From the IMG/VR virus record IMGVR_UViG_3300012007_000008, positions 1 to 64,000 of that record: DNA of 64,000 nucleotides; one strand, 5' to 3'. The stretch is from a virus. Lineage: Duplodnaviria > Heunggongvirae > Uroviricota > Caudoviricetes. Of this stretch, positions 29,324-39,727 are shown piece after piece. The notes below the pieces were generated by a model that made no database searches, was not told where the DNA came from, and saw nothing but the letters and a program-made list of their open reading frames with translations. Each line of letters opens with the position of its first letter. Position 1 is the first letter of the stretch. The position numbers were made by a program, and so were the translations under genes.

Positions 29324-29829
29324 GATACGCGGGAATAAACCCGGCCGATATTGTCTGCGGAACTGGCGTAGGTGTTTCTGTTTATGTTCAGGGGTGCGAT
29401 TTTCATTGCAAAGGATGCTTTAATCCCCAAACTTGGAGTTTCAATGGGGGAAAAGTCTGGAACGAAGAAATGAATCGTGAGTTTCTGAATGGTATAAACA
29501 AACCTTATATTAAGAGGCTTTCTATCTTAGGAGGAGAGCCTCTTCATCCGAAAAATCTCAAAGGTGTTGACGGATTGATAAACGAAGCAGATAATGTTAA
29601 ACCTCTGACTAAATGGATCTTCTCAGGATATACGTGGGAAGAGATAATGTCTGACGATTCAGAAGCCGGAGAATTGAGAAAACACATCATCAGTAAAATA
29701 GATTATCTGATTGAGGGGCGATTTGAACAAGAGCTTAGAGATGTAACTCTGAAGTTCCGCGGCTCTTCAAATCAGCGCATTATCGATGTAAAGAAAACTT
29801 TAGAAAAAGGAGAAGTGGTGACGATATGA
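29320..29829 (+). CDS. nrdG: anaerobic RNR activating protein NrdG
   Basis: GCDFHCKGCFN CxxxCxxC radical SAM motif; directly downstream of nrdD. Confidence 0.85.
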   Translation: MRYAGINPADIVCGTGVGVSVYVQGCDFHCKGCFNPQTWSFNGGKVWNEEMNREFLNGINKPYIKRLSILGGEPLHPKNLKGVDGLINEADNVKPLTKWIFSGYTWEEIMSDDSEAGELRKHIISKIDYLIEGRFEQELRDVTLKFRGSSNQRIIDVKKTLEKGEVVTI

Positions 29830-30410
29830 TCGAAACAATCAGAAAAGAGATTCTTGCCGGACTTTTAATCGGAATCGGCGGATTCGCGTTTCTTTCGGTT
29901 GATAACAAGTACGTAGGGGCATTCCTGTTCTCGGTTGGACTGATTTCCGTAATCTTGCTCGGCGCGTTTCTATATACAGGAAAAGTCGGCTACGTCAGGA
30001 CAATTCACAGCGCGGTGCTAATGCTTCCTATGTGTTTACTGAATATGATAGGCGCGGTGTTGTTTGGCATTGTTACACAACCTTTGGTTAGAGATCAGGC
30101 AATACGATCTGTCGGCAATAAACTTGCGAAAGAACCGCTAAATGTCTTTATATCAGCCGCGATTTGTGGAGCACTGATCTACCTAGCGGTGGAACTGTTT
30201 AAGAGAAGCAAGAATATACTGGCGGTCATCATTCCGGTATTTGCGTTTGTGGCCGCCGGGACTGACCACTGTATAGCAAATGCGTATTACTTCGCTGCGG
30301 CGGGAGAGTTTACTTCAGACGCTTTGCTTTATTTGGTTATATGTATCTTTGGGAACGCGACCGGATCTCTGGTTGTTTCACTTCTTCAGGGAGAGAAGAA
30401 ATAGCCATGA
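29826..30410 (+). CDS. polytopic membrane protein
   Basis: 5-6 predicted TM helices; ends AAA TAG CCA TGA. Confidence 0.5.
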
Positions 30411-30435
30411 TTATAGAAGAAACGGAATGGCAAAT

Positions 30436-30463
30436 AGAGAGACTTCGGTCTCTCTTTTTTTTA
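30436..30463 (+). terminator. intrinsic terminator
   Basis: AGAGAGAC-TTCG-GTCTCTCT followed by T8. Confidence 0.6.
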
Positions 30464-30570
30464 TGCCTATATCTAAAGACTTTCCTACTTTTCAAAAAAA
30501 CTAGGTTTAGTTTGCTGAATAAATCAGAATGTATATATAGACACATGCAGTGTATAGAAAAGGAGGTAAT

Positions 30571-31041
30571 TTGGGAAAGTTAATAAATTCGTTACTATTG
30601 GTCGCGATTTTCGCGGTGTACATGCTTCTGTATATTTCTCCTGCTCGGGCGGCGGACGCTTTGGCTGGATACGGAAGTGAAGATGCACCATACTCAGCGG
30701 ATGATTTCTATGAACTAAGTCACGTCATCCAGGCGGAGGCTGGTTACTGTAAGCGTGAGATGATGATCGGCGTTGGGTCAGTAGTTCTAAACAGGGTAAA
30801 ACACTCCGCGTTCCCTGACACCATTTATGAAGTGATCCACCAGCCGGGGCAGTACAGCACAGTTTTGTTTCTGGATGCACAGGTCCCGACCGCCTTGGTA
30901 GAAGAGGTGACGGATTATCTTCTCAGAAATGGAAGTGAGTATCCGGCGGACGTTGTCTATCAGGCTAACTTTCCCCAGGGATCCGCTATCTATTTAACAC
31001 TCAGTACAAGTTACTCGACGATGTACTTCTGCTATGGGTAA
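30571..31041 (+). CDS. secreted cell-wall hydrolase, SleB/CwlJ (Hydrolase_2)-like
   Basis: signal peptide; HVIQAEAG...IGVGSVVLNRVKHSAFPDTIYEVIHQPGQY. Confidence 0.55.
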   Translation: MGKLINSLLLVAIFAVYMLLYISPARAADALAGYGSEDAPYSADDFYELSHVIQAEAGYCKREMMIGVGSVVLNRVKHSAFPDTIYEVIHQPGQYSTVLFLDAQVPTALVEEVTDYLLRNGSEYPADVVYQANFPQGSAIYLTLSTSYSTMYFCYG

Positions 31042-31078
31042 TGGGACGGCGGAAAGATTGGAGAGAAAAGAGGCGTTT

Positions 31079-31252
31079 ATGAATCCGGTATTTGTATTTT
31101 TGGTACTGATTGCGGCGTTCTTGATATGGGTCGTGTTGTCAACGCTGTTTAAGGCAACAGGCAAATTCATAGACAATGTCGCGATGAATGTAAAGAAAAA
31201 CATAGAGGATAACGAAATTAAGGAGGAAGAAAAAAATGATAGAGAATCATAA
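31079..31252 (+). CDS. small single-TM membrane protein
   Basis: MNPVFVFLVLIAAFLIWVVLSTLF then charged tail. Confidence 0.35.
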   Translation: MNPVFVFLVLIAAFLIWVVLSTLFKATGKFIDNVAMNVKKNIEDNEIKEEEKNDRES

Positions 31253-32195
31253 AGGATTGATTGGTGCAATAGCAATCGGGGTAGTAATCATCATAGTATT
31301 GATTATCGGCTTTTCGTGTGCAGTAAAGGTTCCGGCGGGCTACGTCGGAATACAGTACGAAATGAGTGGGGGAATTTCCGAAAAAGTACTTACACAAGGT
31401 TGGCATGTCATTTCTCCGACAAAGCAGGTGACTCTATACTCAATCGGTATTGAGCAGTCATATCTGACATCAGGAGATAACGGGGATTCGGAAAAGGATG
31501 ATTCGTTCGAGGTACCAACTTCGGACGGTAAAGGGCTTAAGGTAGATCTGACTTTTACCTATCGGTATGACCAGAACAAAGTGACGGAACTGTTCACTAA
31601 ATTTAAGGGGCAGTCAGGAAAGGAAGTCAGAGACTCATTTATCAAGCCAAACATTATTTCATGGGTAAAGGAAGTAACTGCAAAATATCCGGTAACGGAA
31701 ATCCTTGGTGATGAGAGAGCGAATCTGAACATTGCGGTAAGCGAATATATCCATGACAAATTCCTCCCATACGGGATCATCGTTGAAAATGTAAGCTTGA
31801 TTGATATTTCCGCAGATGATGAAACCCGCGCATCAGTGCAGCGGAAAGTGAATGCGCAACAGGAACTTGAACTTGCCCAGATTGAACAAAAGACGGCAAA
31901 CGTCCAGGCGCAGAAGGATAAAGAAGTTGCACTGGTCAAAGCAGAGCAAGACAAAGAAACGGCAGAGATTAACGCCGAACAGGCAAAGATAAAGGCTCAA
32001 GGCGAAGCGGACGCTATAAAGATTAAGGCTGAAGCGGAAGCTAATGCGAACAAGATGATCGCAGATTCGCTCACGCCCGAACTGATCGAGAATAATAAGA
32101 TCCGTAAGTGGAAAGGAGAAGTACCAACAGTATCCGGCAGTGGTGCAACAATTGTGGATGTTGGGAACGTAACTTCAACAACAACTGAAGGATAA
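31236..32195 (+). CDS. SPFH/Band-7 (prohibitin/HflK-like) membrane protein
   Basis: N-terminal TM, SPFH core, long Ala/Glu/Lys/Gln coiled-coil. Confidence 0.7.
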   Translation: MIENHKGLIGAIAIGVVIIIVLIIGFSCAVKVPAGYVGIQYEMSGGISEKVLTQGWHVISPTKQVTLYSIGIEQSYLTSGDNGDSEKDDSFEVPTSDGKGLKVDLTFTYRYDQNKVTELFTKFKGQSGKEVRDSFIKPNIISWVKEVTAKYPVTEILGDERANLNIAVSEYIHDKFLPYGIIVENVSLIDISADDETRASVQRKVNAQQELELAQIEQKTANVQAQKDKEVALVKAEQDKETAEINAEQAKIKAQGEADAIKIKAEAEANANKMIADSLTPELIENNKIRKWKGEVPTVSGSGATIVDVGNVTSTTTEG

Positions 32196-32243
32196 GATCA
32201 TTGGAATTCTGCTTTCCGACAGATTTTTGAACAGGAGGGAAAA

Positions 32244-32861
32244 ATGAAACACAGGATGACGGCAACGGCCTTTGCTATGGTCATTATCGCGGCATCTCTG
32301 GTATTCAGGACAGGGGCATAGGGCAACAAGCCTAAGATGCTCCTGGCCGGAAGTTCATCGATGCGAAGGTGGAAAGATGCGAAAACGGTCTTCAGTGATT
32401 TCAAGGTAATCAATAAAGCCATCGGCGGAACAACGGTCACTGACTGGCTGAGGCTATATAAGAAAAGGATCGTAGATCAGAAACCTGACGTGATCCTTTT
32501 TTATTGCGGCGCGAACGACATCCAGGACGGTGGCGGGATTACGGGCTTAGAGAACGCCGAAAATACGAAAGTATTATTAGAATCAATCAGAAAGAAATTG
32601 AAGAAAACGAAGATTTTCTATATTTCGATCAACCATTGCATAAGAAATCCTCATGCGTGGGGAGAAATAGATGCATCGAATGAAGCAATGAAACGGTATT
32701 GCGAAAAGAAAAAGAATATCTACTACGTGGATATAGTGGCTGTTTCCTTGCTTCCTGACGGAACACCGAACCCGGCATTGTTTAGGGAAGACGGGATTCA
32801 TCCGACAAAACAAGGGTTTAAGGTGTGGAATAGAGTTATAGGTAAAAAGGTAAATCGTTAA
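32244..32861 (+). CDS. secreted SGNH/GDSL-family hydrolase with one in-frame TAG at 32319
   Basis: signal peptide; blocks LLAGSSS, CGANDI, DGIHPT. Confidence 0.55.
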
Positions 32862-32874
32862 AAGGGAGGTATTT

Positions 32875-33681
32875 ATGTCTGTACATGATGAGCTCGGAAA
32901 ACGGATGAAAGAGTATTACGAACAGATTCCGAAAACAAAACTAATGAGACGTTGCCCTACGGTTGTGAGACTAGACGGCCGGTCGTTCCATAGCTTTACA
33001 AAAGGGTTTAAGCGTCCATTCGATGATCTTCTTATCAGGTCAATGCAAGAAACCATGAAGTATCTCTGTAAAAATGTCCAGGGATGTGTGATGGGATATC
33101 AGCAATCGGATGAAATCAGTTTGCTTCTTGTCGATTATCAGAAATTGACTTCTCAGGCGTTTTTCGACTACGAAGTACAGAAAGTATGTAGCATAACAGC
33201 ATCGATGACCACGATGATTTTCAACAAAATATTCTCAGAGAGAGTAAGGGGAATACAGTATTGCTCAGAGCATTATGATTGGTTTGATGGAAATAATGAG
33301 AAATATATTGATACCATAATTAAAGCGATGAATAAAGGGGCAATGTTTGATAGCCGCTGTTTCAATATCCCAAAAGAGGAAGCTACAAATTACTTCTACT
33401 GGAGACAGTTGGATGCAGTACGTAATTCGATCCAGATGGTAGGGCAAGCGAATTTCTCTCATAAGGAACTGTATCAGAAGACATGTAATAACATTCAAGA
33501 TATGCTTCATGAGCAGAAAGGTATTAACTGGAATGATTTCCCGACCCATAAAAAAAGAGGATCTTGCTGTATTAAGAAAAAGGAAATTATTGACGGAATT
33601 GAGAGATCTAAATGGGTGATCGATACAGAGATCCCAAACTTTGTAGATGAAGGTCGGGAATATATAGAAAGGTTGATCTGA
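32875..33681 (+). CDS. Thg1-like protein (tRNA-His guanylyltransferase family, 3'-5' nucleotidyltransferase)
   Basis: VRLDGRSFHSFTK...RPFDD...YQQSDEISLLL matches Thg1 signatures. Confidence 0.7.
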   Translation: MSVHDELGKRMKEYYEQIPKTKLMRRCPTVVRLDGRSFHSFTKGFKRPFDDLLIRSMQETMKYLCKNVQGCVMGYQQSDEISLLLVDYQKLTSQAFFDYEVQKVCSITASMTTMIFNKIFSERVRGIQYCSEHYDWFDGNNEKYIDTIIKAMNKGAMFDSRCFNIPKEEATNYFYWRQLDAVRNSIQMVGQANFSHKELYQKTCNNIQDMLHEQKGINWNDFPTHKKRGSCCIKKKEIIDGIERSKWVIDTEIPNFVDEGREYIERLI

Positions 33682-33691
33682 AAAATGGAAA

Positions 33692-33904
33692 ATGCGGAAT
33701 GAAAGGATAAACCGGATGAAGTTTATAGTTAACCAGATGCCAAAGAGTAAAAAGGAATGTCCGTTCTCAAAATATGAACAACCAAAAAATGGAATCAGAT
33801 TTAGTTCTGATTACTATAAGTGTAAGCTTGATAAAAAACGATGCAATTTAGATGAAGACTATCCAACCACATGTATGCCGTGTAGATGGCTGAAAGTACA
33901 ATGA
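33692..33904 (+). CDS. small Cys-rich protein
   Basis: 70 aa; preceded by ATGAAAGGAT junction motif. Confidence 0.4.
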   Translation: MRNERINRMKFIVNQMPKSKKECPFSKYEQPKNGIRFSSDYYKCKLDKKRCNLDEDYPTTCMPCRWLKVQ

Positions 33905-33916
33905 AAGGGTTATTTT

Positions 33917-34120
33917 ATGAATCTTAAAATTTGTCCTTTTTGTGGCGGAGACTCTAAAATTGAAAAGATTAGTTATGTAGATGGAAACTGCCATTATTTT
34001 GATTGGAACATATCATGTAATTCTTGCCCCGCAACTATGCGAATCGCAGCCGACTGCTACTATGGTAGAGAATATTTTACAGAAGAAGAAGCAATCGGAT
34101 TCTGGAATAGGAGAAAATAA
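33917..34120 (+). CDS. Lar-family restriction-alleviation-like zinc ribbon
   Basis: CPFCGG...C..C...EEAIGFWNRR. Confidence 0.5.
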   Translation: MNLKICPFCGGDSKIEKISYVDGNCHYFDWNISCNSCPATMRIAADCYYGREYFTEEEAIGFWNRRK

Positions 34121-34135
34121 TGAAAGGATTCTTTA

Positions 34136-34357
34136 ATGGATTATAAAGAATTTGCAAAAACACTTTTTGATTCTGATGATCAAATGTTCCCGAATGGTAC
34201 AGATGCTCAGACCTGTGTAAATATTTTAGCGGAACACTTTTTGGGAAAAGATTTGGTTTTGACCTATCCCGGATGTGGAACACAATGGAATTCTGAAGTA
34301 GTACATGAAATTCTAAGAAAATATCCATCTGGAAAAATCAGAAGGATACATAAATAA
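34136..34357 (+). CDS. hypothetical protein
   Basis: 73 aa; preceded by junction motif. Confidence 0.4.
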   Translation: MDYKEFAKTLFDSDDQMFPNGTDAQTCVNILAEHFLGKDLVLTYPGCGTQWNSEVVHEILRKYPSGKIRRIHK

Positions 34358-34370
34358 AGAGGTTATTTAA

Positions 34371-34472
34371 TGGATAGATGTGATTACTGCCGTTATAAAA
34401 ATACATGGGATTGCGAAGATGGTTGGAATCGTGTACGAAATGACAAAATTTGTGATGATTTTTGTACTTGAA
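34371..34472 (+). CDS. tiny Cys-rich ORF (33 aa)
   Basis: MDRCDYCRYKNTWDCEDGW; below ORF-track threshold. Confidence 0.25.
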
Positions 34473-34554
34473 TTTAACTTCTTATCCAAGAAGCAGCAGA
34501 AGCAGATTCAGAAAATCTTGATGCATCAAGACTAATGAAAGGATTATTTAATAA

Positions 34555-34732
34555 ATGAAACAAGAATTTAATTGTAGTAAATGCGAATCAAGATTTCATT
34601 GTAATGACAGAGATTATGTCGATGAGGCATTATCAAAAATGGAAACACGAGAAGATAACATTTATAATCCTGGATCATTTATTTATTTGATGAGATGTTC
34701 TAATTATAAATATGACGAAAATATACTTTGAT
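34555..34732 (+). CDS. small Cys-rich protein (58 aa)
   Basis: preceded by AATGAAAGGATTATTTAATAAATG junction. Confidence 0.35.
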
Positions 34733-34764
34733 GCAGATAAAACGATTCTTTCATCGGAGGTAAT

Positions 34765-35007
34765 ATGTGGGGAGATTCTGTAAAGATACAAGATTTCGAA
34801 ACGAGCGAGGATATATGGAATAATTCTGTTTATGTTATCGATAGAAATACTCAAAAAATCAAAGTACCAAAATCAGTTGATGATTGGATACACTGCAAGA
34901 CAGTATTAGTCTATAATGTGCCAGGACATGAGAGCAATGGCGAAGATAGATTTTTAATAAAAGCTGGTACAATGTGTCGTTGTTGGCGTATATGGATACA
35001 ATTTTGA
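34765..35007 (+). CDS. hypothetical protein
   Basis: 80-aa ORF. Confidence 0.35.
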   Translation: MWGDSVKIQDFETSEDIWNNSVYVIDRNTQKIKVPKSVDDWIHCKTVLVYNVPGHESNGEDRFLIKAGTMCRCWRIWIQF

Positions 35008-35224
35008 TGATGGTTATTTTATATGAGGTAATGTGATGACAGAAGAAAAAGCGCTTGAAGCGTTTAAAAATCTATATAACGACATAGATAAAGATAATCA
35101 TCTGTTTGTTGGAACGATTAATCCCGAGATGGTTATAGCTGCTATTGAAGCATTGGAATACAAGATTGGCACAAGAATCATTACAGATAGTATAACGATA
35201 GAATGAGTTTTTGATGGAGGATAT

Positions 35225-35608
35225 ATGAGAATTAATCCTAAAATGGATTTGGGCAATATGGCACAAATTTTTGTAAATGGAACAGACGGATATTTATATT
35301 TCGATATTGCATTAAGGGCAATAAATGATAATTGTCTGAACGAAATATTGAATGATACACAATCGATGCATATTTTCGCTAGAAACAATCAAGTTCCGGT
35401 CAAATGTGGTATTTGGATCGAAAACAATGAGTGGTATCCAATTATAAGATTCTCCACAGACCAAAAATTCTGTCTTATAGATGGCGATTGGATATTTGAA
35501 GAGAAGCTTAAAGGAGAGCCTGACGAGATTGAATATATCCATAATCAATTAAAATCATGTATGATGCTTGCAGATATTATCGAAAATACGACTGTAATGA
35601 CTTTTTGA
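35225..35608 (+). CDS. hypothetical protein
   Basis: 127 aa; upstream TTTTGATGGAGGATAT junction. Confidence 0.4.
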   Translation: MRINPKMDLGNMAQIFVNGTDGYLYFDIALRAINDNCLNEILNDTQSMHIFARNNQVPVKCGIWIENNEWYPIIRFSTDQKFCLIDGDWIFEEKLKGEPDEIEYIHNQLKSCMMLADIIENTTVMTF

Positions 35609-35621
35609 TGAGGATTATATT

Positions 35622-36104
35622 ATGAGTAAATCTTTGGATTTTTGTAAAAATAGAGCATCTAACCCAGAAATTTCAGGCTATGCTGACCGCGATTGGAATA
35701 ATGCGGTTGAACAGAATATAACTGATTGTTTGGATTTTATTATAAAAGGTGCGAGAAGCTATAAACTCACAGGGCATTTAGATGATGGTACAGAAGTATT
35801 CTATAATGTTAATTTAGAAATAAATCCAGATGCTGACTTTGATTATTTTATATCTGATTCTTTTATATGCGATGGGACATTAATATTTCTTGCTGAGTCA
35901 GTTGATAAGATGCTGCGAATAATTCTTAGCCTTGGGACATATAATAAAATTTTAGGCAAGCCTCCCAATGGTTGCACCGTAAATTTTATTATTGGCAACG
36001 CCGTTATTCTTGCGGAATATGATGGTGACTGGATACCAAAAGATAAACAATGGATGCGTGAAAGGAATACTGTACTAATACCTTTGAAGGTTTGGTACGA
36101 ATAA
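35622..36104 (+). CDS. hypothetical protein
   Basis: 160 aa; same junction type. Confidence 0.4.
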   Translation: MSKSLDFCKNRASNPEISGYADRDWNNAVEQNITDCLDFIIKGARSYKLTGHLDDGTEVFYNVNLEINPDADFDYFISDSFICDGTLIFLAESVDKMLRIILSLGTYNKILGKPPNGCTVNFIIGNAVILAEYDGDWIPKDKQWMRERNTVLIPLKVWYE

Positions 36105-36130
36105 AAAGATTATTTGAATGAGGTATCAAT

Positions 36131-36550
36131 ATGGAATTGTTATTAAACGGTTTTCTAACTAAAGACTATTACGATCATCCATCTTTAATAGAAGCGGCAA
36201 CATCACGTCAATGCTTTGCAGAATCAATTCCCAGAGAAATACAGTATAAATTTGGAAAAAAATATTATGATATTGGTCTTGGAAAAGATATTAGTTACAT
36301 CCCAGATTGCTGCATGAGTATTTGGTATACGAATGAAAAATGTACATTTGATGAAGCCCAGGAAGCTTTATGTAATTATTTAGATGGTTTTATGACAGTT
36401 GAAGTAGCGTACCAAGGCTATTCTGAATGGACGATCACTGGATTGGATTTAGAAGAATTCAGAATTGGTGGACACGATTTAAAGAAAGAACTCGAAGATC
36501 ATATTGGAGAATACTGCTGGATAAGAATAACAGGAAAGGATAATAATTAA
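36131..36550 (+). CDS. hypothetical protein
   Basis: 139-aa ORF. Confidence 0.4.
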   Translation: MELLLNGFLTKDYYDHPSLIEAATSRQCFAESIPREIQYKFGKKYYDIGLGKDISYIPDCCMSIWYTNEKCTFDEAQEALCNYLDGFMTVEVAYQGYSEWTITGLDLEEFRIGGHDLKKELEDHIGEYCWIRITGKDNN

Positions 36551-37467
36551 TGACACAAAAACATTTTATGGATATAGAAAATCTGAGAGAGAACGATACT
36601 GATCTGAGACGCGGCAATGGTTATGGATTCGAAAAAGGTGATATTGTCAGCATTACGGAGAAAATCGACGGAAGTAATGCTTCTATAAAATATGACCCTG
36701 AAACAGATAGGCTCGTTGCTTTTTCAAGAAAACAAGAACTATCCTTTAATCGTACTCTTCAAGGATTTTGGAATTATGTACAGACTCTCGATATAAAGCC
36801 TTTCAAAGATCATCCATCATGGTTTGTATTCGGTGAGCAAAATGGAACAAATAAAATCCATTACAGGCCGGAGTATGTCAAGAAATGGATTGTATATGAT
36901 ATCTATGATGCTGATACAGAGCAGTGGCAGTCACAGGATGTCGTAAAGAAGTTCTGTGAAGATTATAACTTCCCGTATATTAATGAGCTATATTATGGTC
37001 CATTTATTTCATGGGATCACGTTCGTACTTTCTTGCATAGCCCTGGCTACGGTGATAGACAGGAAGGAATTGTGGTAAAGAATCAGACAAAGCTCAACAG
37101 TCCAGATTCAAGACTTCCGTTTTATTTGAAGATCGTGAATGAAGACTTCAAGGAATCCATGAAAACGAAAGAGAGAGTTATCGATCCTGAGAAAGAAGCA
37201 GCAAAAGCAGAAGCGCAAAGAATTGTTGAATCTATTGTAACAAAAAACAGAGTGGAGAAAGAATTATTTAAGATGCGTGATGAGGGTATCCTTCCAGCGA
37301 AACTCCAGCCAAGCGATATGAGACTCGTAGCACAGAATCTTCCGAAGAGAATTTATGATGACTGCATGAAAGAAGAGAAGGAATTAGTCATGGCAGCCGG
37401 TGAGCACTTTGGGAAGTTGTGTGGGTCATATACTATGAAATTAGCGAGAGAAGTGGTTTTGGGCTGA
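36550..37467 (+). CDS. ATP-dependent RNA ligase, Rnl2-like
   Basis: motif I KIDGSN, motif IV EGIVVK, motif V LKIVNEDFK. Confidence 0.6.
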   Translation: MTQKHFMDIENLRENDTDLRRGNGYGFEKGDIVSITEKIDGSNASIKYDPETDRLVAFSRKQELSFNRTLQGFWNYVQTLDIKPFKDHPSWFVFGEQNGTNKIHYRPEYVKKWIVYDIYDADTEQWQSQDVVKKFCEDYNFPYINELYYGPFISWDHVRTFLHSPGYGDRQEGIVVKNQTKLNSPDSRLPFYLKIVNEDFKESMKTKERVIDPEKEAAKAEAQRIVESIVTKNRVEKELFKMRDEGILPAKLQPSDMRLVAQNLPKRIYDDCMKEEKELVMAAGEHFGKLCGSYTMKLAREVVLG

Positions 37468-37480
37468 AGGGAATATAAAA

Positions 37481-37717
37481 ATGGCTGAAGAAATTAGAAA
37501 ATGTCCTGTTTGTGGAAAAGATAACAAATATACGAGTTATTCAGAATGGGAGTTCGGAATTGTTGAGCAATATTACTGGTGTCCAAGATGCACTTACTTT
37601 GTAGATCAATGCTATAGCGGAGTATATAAAGGAATCAGCACGGATTGTCCGGAAGAATATCTGAGAAGATCCGAAGAGCTTGAGCTAAATTTTTGTAAAC
37701 CAGAGGAGATACCGTGA
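37481..37717 (+). CDS. zinc-ribbon protein
   Basis: CPVCG...CPRC. Confidence 0.4.
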   Translation: MAEEIRKCPVCGKDNKYTSYSEWEFGIVEQYYWCPRCTYFVDQCYSGVYKGISTDCPEEYLRRSEELELNFCKPEEIP

Positions 37718-37720
37718 ATC

Positions 37721-38047
37721 ATGATTGACTTCAGATTTGGGACGGCATTTAGAAATAATTTAACCGATGAAGAAGAAGCTGCTATGGATCACCTGTTAGA
37801 TATGATGACTGCTATAAAACAACAAATTCTTTTAAGAAGGGCAATGAAACGCGAAACTTACTCAAACGAGGAAAAACATATGTGGGATCCCGAGAAAGAT
37901 GCTTGTGAATATTGCTTTGATTGTAAATGCTTTTTAGATGATTATCAGAACTGTCAGGGCGACGTAGAACCTTGTTTTGAGTTTCTCCCGAAGACAAGTT
38001 CTAAATTGAAAAAGGTTGATATTGAAGTAGATAATAGGAGAGATTAA
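37721..38047 (+). CDS. hypothetical protein
   Basis: 108-aa ORF. Confidence 0.35.
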   Translation: MIDFRFGTAFRNNLTDEEEAAMDHLLDMMTAIKQQILLRRAMKRETYSNEEKHMWDPEKDACEYCFDCKCFLDDYQNCQGDVEPCFEFLPKTSSKLKKVDIEVDNRRD

Positions 38048-38475
38048 TGAAGGTTGCAATTACTGGACATCGACCAGGAAGAATTGCTGGTCAGGAACAA
38101 AATATAAAGAAGTGGATTGAAGATTATCTTGCGGGAGTGGACTGTACGGAAGCGTATTCTGGCATGGCTATGGGAACTGATCAGATCTTTGCCAGAGTTG
38201 TTGAAGAGATGGGAATTCAGTTGATTTGCTGCTATCCGTATAGAAGAGATAGATTTCATCCAGCTGAGGAGCAGATTAATGCCAAGGCGAAAGATGTGCG
38301 TTTTATCTCAGAACAATATAGCAAGAAAGCATATTGGATAAGAGATAAATATATGGTTGATAACTGTGATGTTCTTCTGGCTGTATTTGATGGCGAGAAA
38401 GTGGGCGGGACATGGATCACAGTTGATTATGCACAGAGGATTGGAAAGCCTGTAGTGTTTTATGAGTTTAGATAA
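38047..38475 (+). CDS. SLOG/YpsA (DUF1273)-like protein
   Basis: MKVAITGHRP N-terminus. Confidence 0.4.
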   Translation: MKVAITGHRPGRIAGQEQNIKKWIEDYLAGVDCTEAYSGMAMGTDQIFARVVEEMGIQLICCYPYRRDRFHPAEEQINAKAKDVRFISEQYSKKAYWIRDKYMVDNCDVLLAVFDGEKVGGTWITVDYAQRIGKPVVFYEFR

Positions 38476-38506
38476 AACAAGTCTTTGATTAGGAAATTAG
38501 ATTTAA

Positions 38507-38854
38507 TTGGAGGAAAATATGAGTTACAACGAGAACGGTATTTGTAAAATCGCAATAGAACGAGAAAACAGTTGTGGTTCGCATCGACATTATCCGTTAC
38601 AGCTGGTGGCAAGAATAGATGTTGACGACCTGGTAAAGCTATTCGATGAAGCCCCGACAAATTTTGATGGTGAGAACCCAATTTGTAAAGTAAAAGATCC
38701 AATTAAATTTACGGAGTTTGTTATCAGGAGATTATGGGACGATGCACCATATGAAGCCGATGACGTTGTTTGGGCACAACCGTTTACTTATATCTTTGAA
38801 CAATTATTGGAAGATTATAAGCCAGAGTTTCTTGAGTATTTTGAGGAGGAGTAA
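38507..38854 (+). CDS. hypothetical protein
   Basis: 115-aa ORF. Confidence 0.4.
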   Translation: MEENMSYNENGICKIAIERENSCGSHRHYPLQLVARIDVDDLVKLFDEAPTNFDGENPICKVKDPIKFTEFVIRRLWDDAPYEADDVVWAQPFTYIFEQLLEDYKPEFLEYFEEE

Positions 38855-38859
38855 AGAAT

Positions 38860-39066
38860 ATGGTTAAAGTATTTACAACAAACAGTGATGGTAAAATCGA
38901 ATTTACCAAAGACGAATTAGAGAAAGTATTAAATGAAGTGTGGCAAGACGGTCGTAATTCTTGTTACTGGTGGTCATCGCCGACGACGATTACGAGTGAT
39001 AAAATAACAGCAACACCGTATTATACAGATAAATCTGTGGTGGTTACTTGTGATTCGGGAAAATGA
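38860..39066 (+). CDS. hypothetical protein
   Basis: 68-aa ORF. Confidence 0.35.
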   Translation: MVKVFTTNSDGKIEFTKDELEKVLNEVWQDGRNSCYWWSSPTTITSDKITATPYYTDKSVVVTCDSGK

Positions 39067-39254
39067 AATTGAGGTTTGATATGACTAATTTTGAAAAATA
39101 TGCGAATAGCTTAGCACAAGATAAATTTATAGATTCAATGATATTGAATTGTGATGGTTGCCCAGCATATCCGTGTAATACTGAATATGTCACAGAAGAC
39201 AATGGACTTGATTGCGAAGAAAAACTTCGTGATTGGTGTGAAACTGAAAACTAA
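39063..39254 (+). CDS. hypothetical Cys-containing protein
   Basis: 63-aa ORF. Confidence 0.35.
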   Translation: MKLRFDMTNFEKYANSLAQDKFIDSMILNCDGCPAYPCNTEYVTEDNGLDCEEKLRDWCETEN

Positions 39255-39257
39255 ATT

Positions 39258-39515
39258 TTGAAGGAGAAGTATATGGATAAAAAAGCGATAAATATTGTAT
39301 TAAACTATATCTCTGAACATCTGGATAAGTCTGACCCGTCAGTTGAGTTCGCGGCGTATATAGTTTGGAAATGTAAGACTTTACAGAACTGGAAGTACTT
39401 GATTGGCAGTGATCTTCCAGACGGAATGTACTATGAATTAACTTATAATGGGGACAAGAAAGAGTGGTATCTGGATGCTTACAAGAAATTTGAAAATAGA
39501 GTAATTACGGATTGA
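39258..39515 (+). CDS. hypothetical protein
   Basis: 85-aa ORF. Confidence 0.4.
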   Translation: MKEKYMDKKAINIVLNYISEHLDKSDPSVEFAAYIVWKCKTLQNWKYLIGSDLPDGMYYELTYNGDKKEWYLDAYKKFENRVITD

Positions 39516-39699
39516 ATATTTGATCTGACGTGGCGGAATGGGGATAAACGCTAAAGTGTGGCTTCTTATAGATTGGTTGGATTCGACAGGTGTGATCCGT
39601 AAAAAGGTAACAACGAGTCAGCTAAACTCCATCGTAGCAAAAATCGTGGAGTAGATAAATAGCAGGGGGTAATACGCAGAATAACTCAAAACTCCAATC

Positions 39700-39727
39700 A
39701 TGTGAGGTTCGAATCCTCACCGCCAGA
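39700..39727 (+). other. tRNA-like 3' fragment (T-arm plus 3' acceptor strand) inside a 245-nt ORF-free gap
   Basis: canonical T-arm TGAGG-TTCGAAT-CCTCA (G53/C61, T54 T55 C56, A58) then CCGCCAG-A; no complete cloverleaf found upstream; nearest complementary 5' strand TGGCGG lies ~190 nt upstream (39528-33). Confidence 0.35.
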
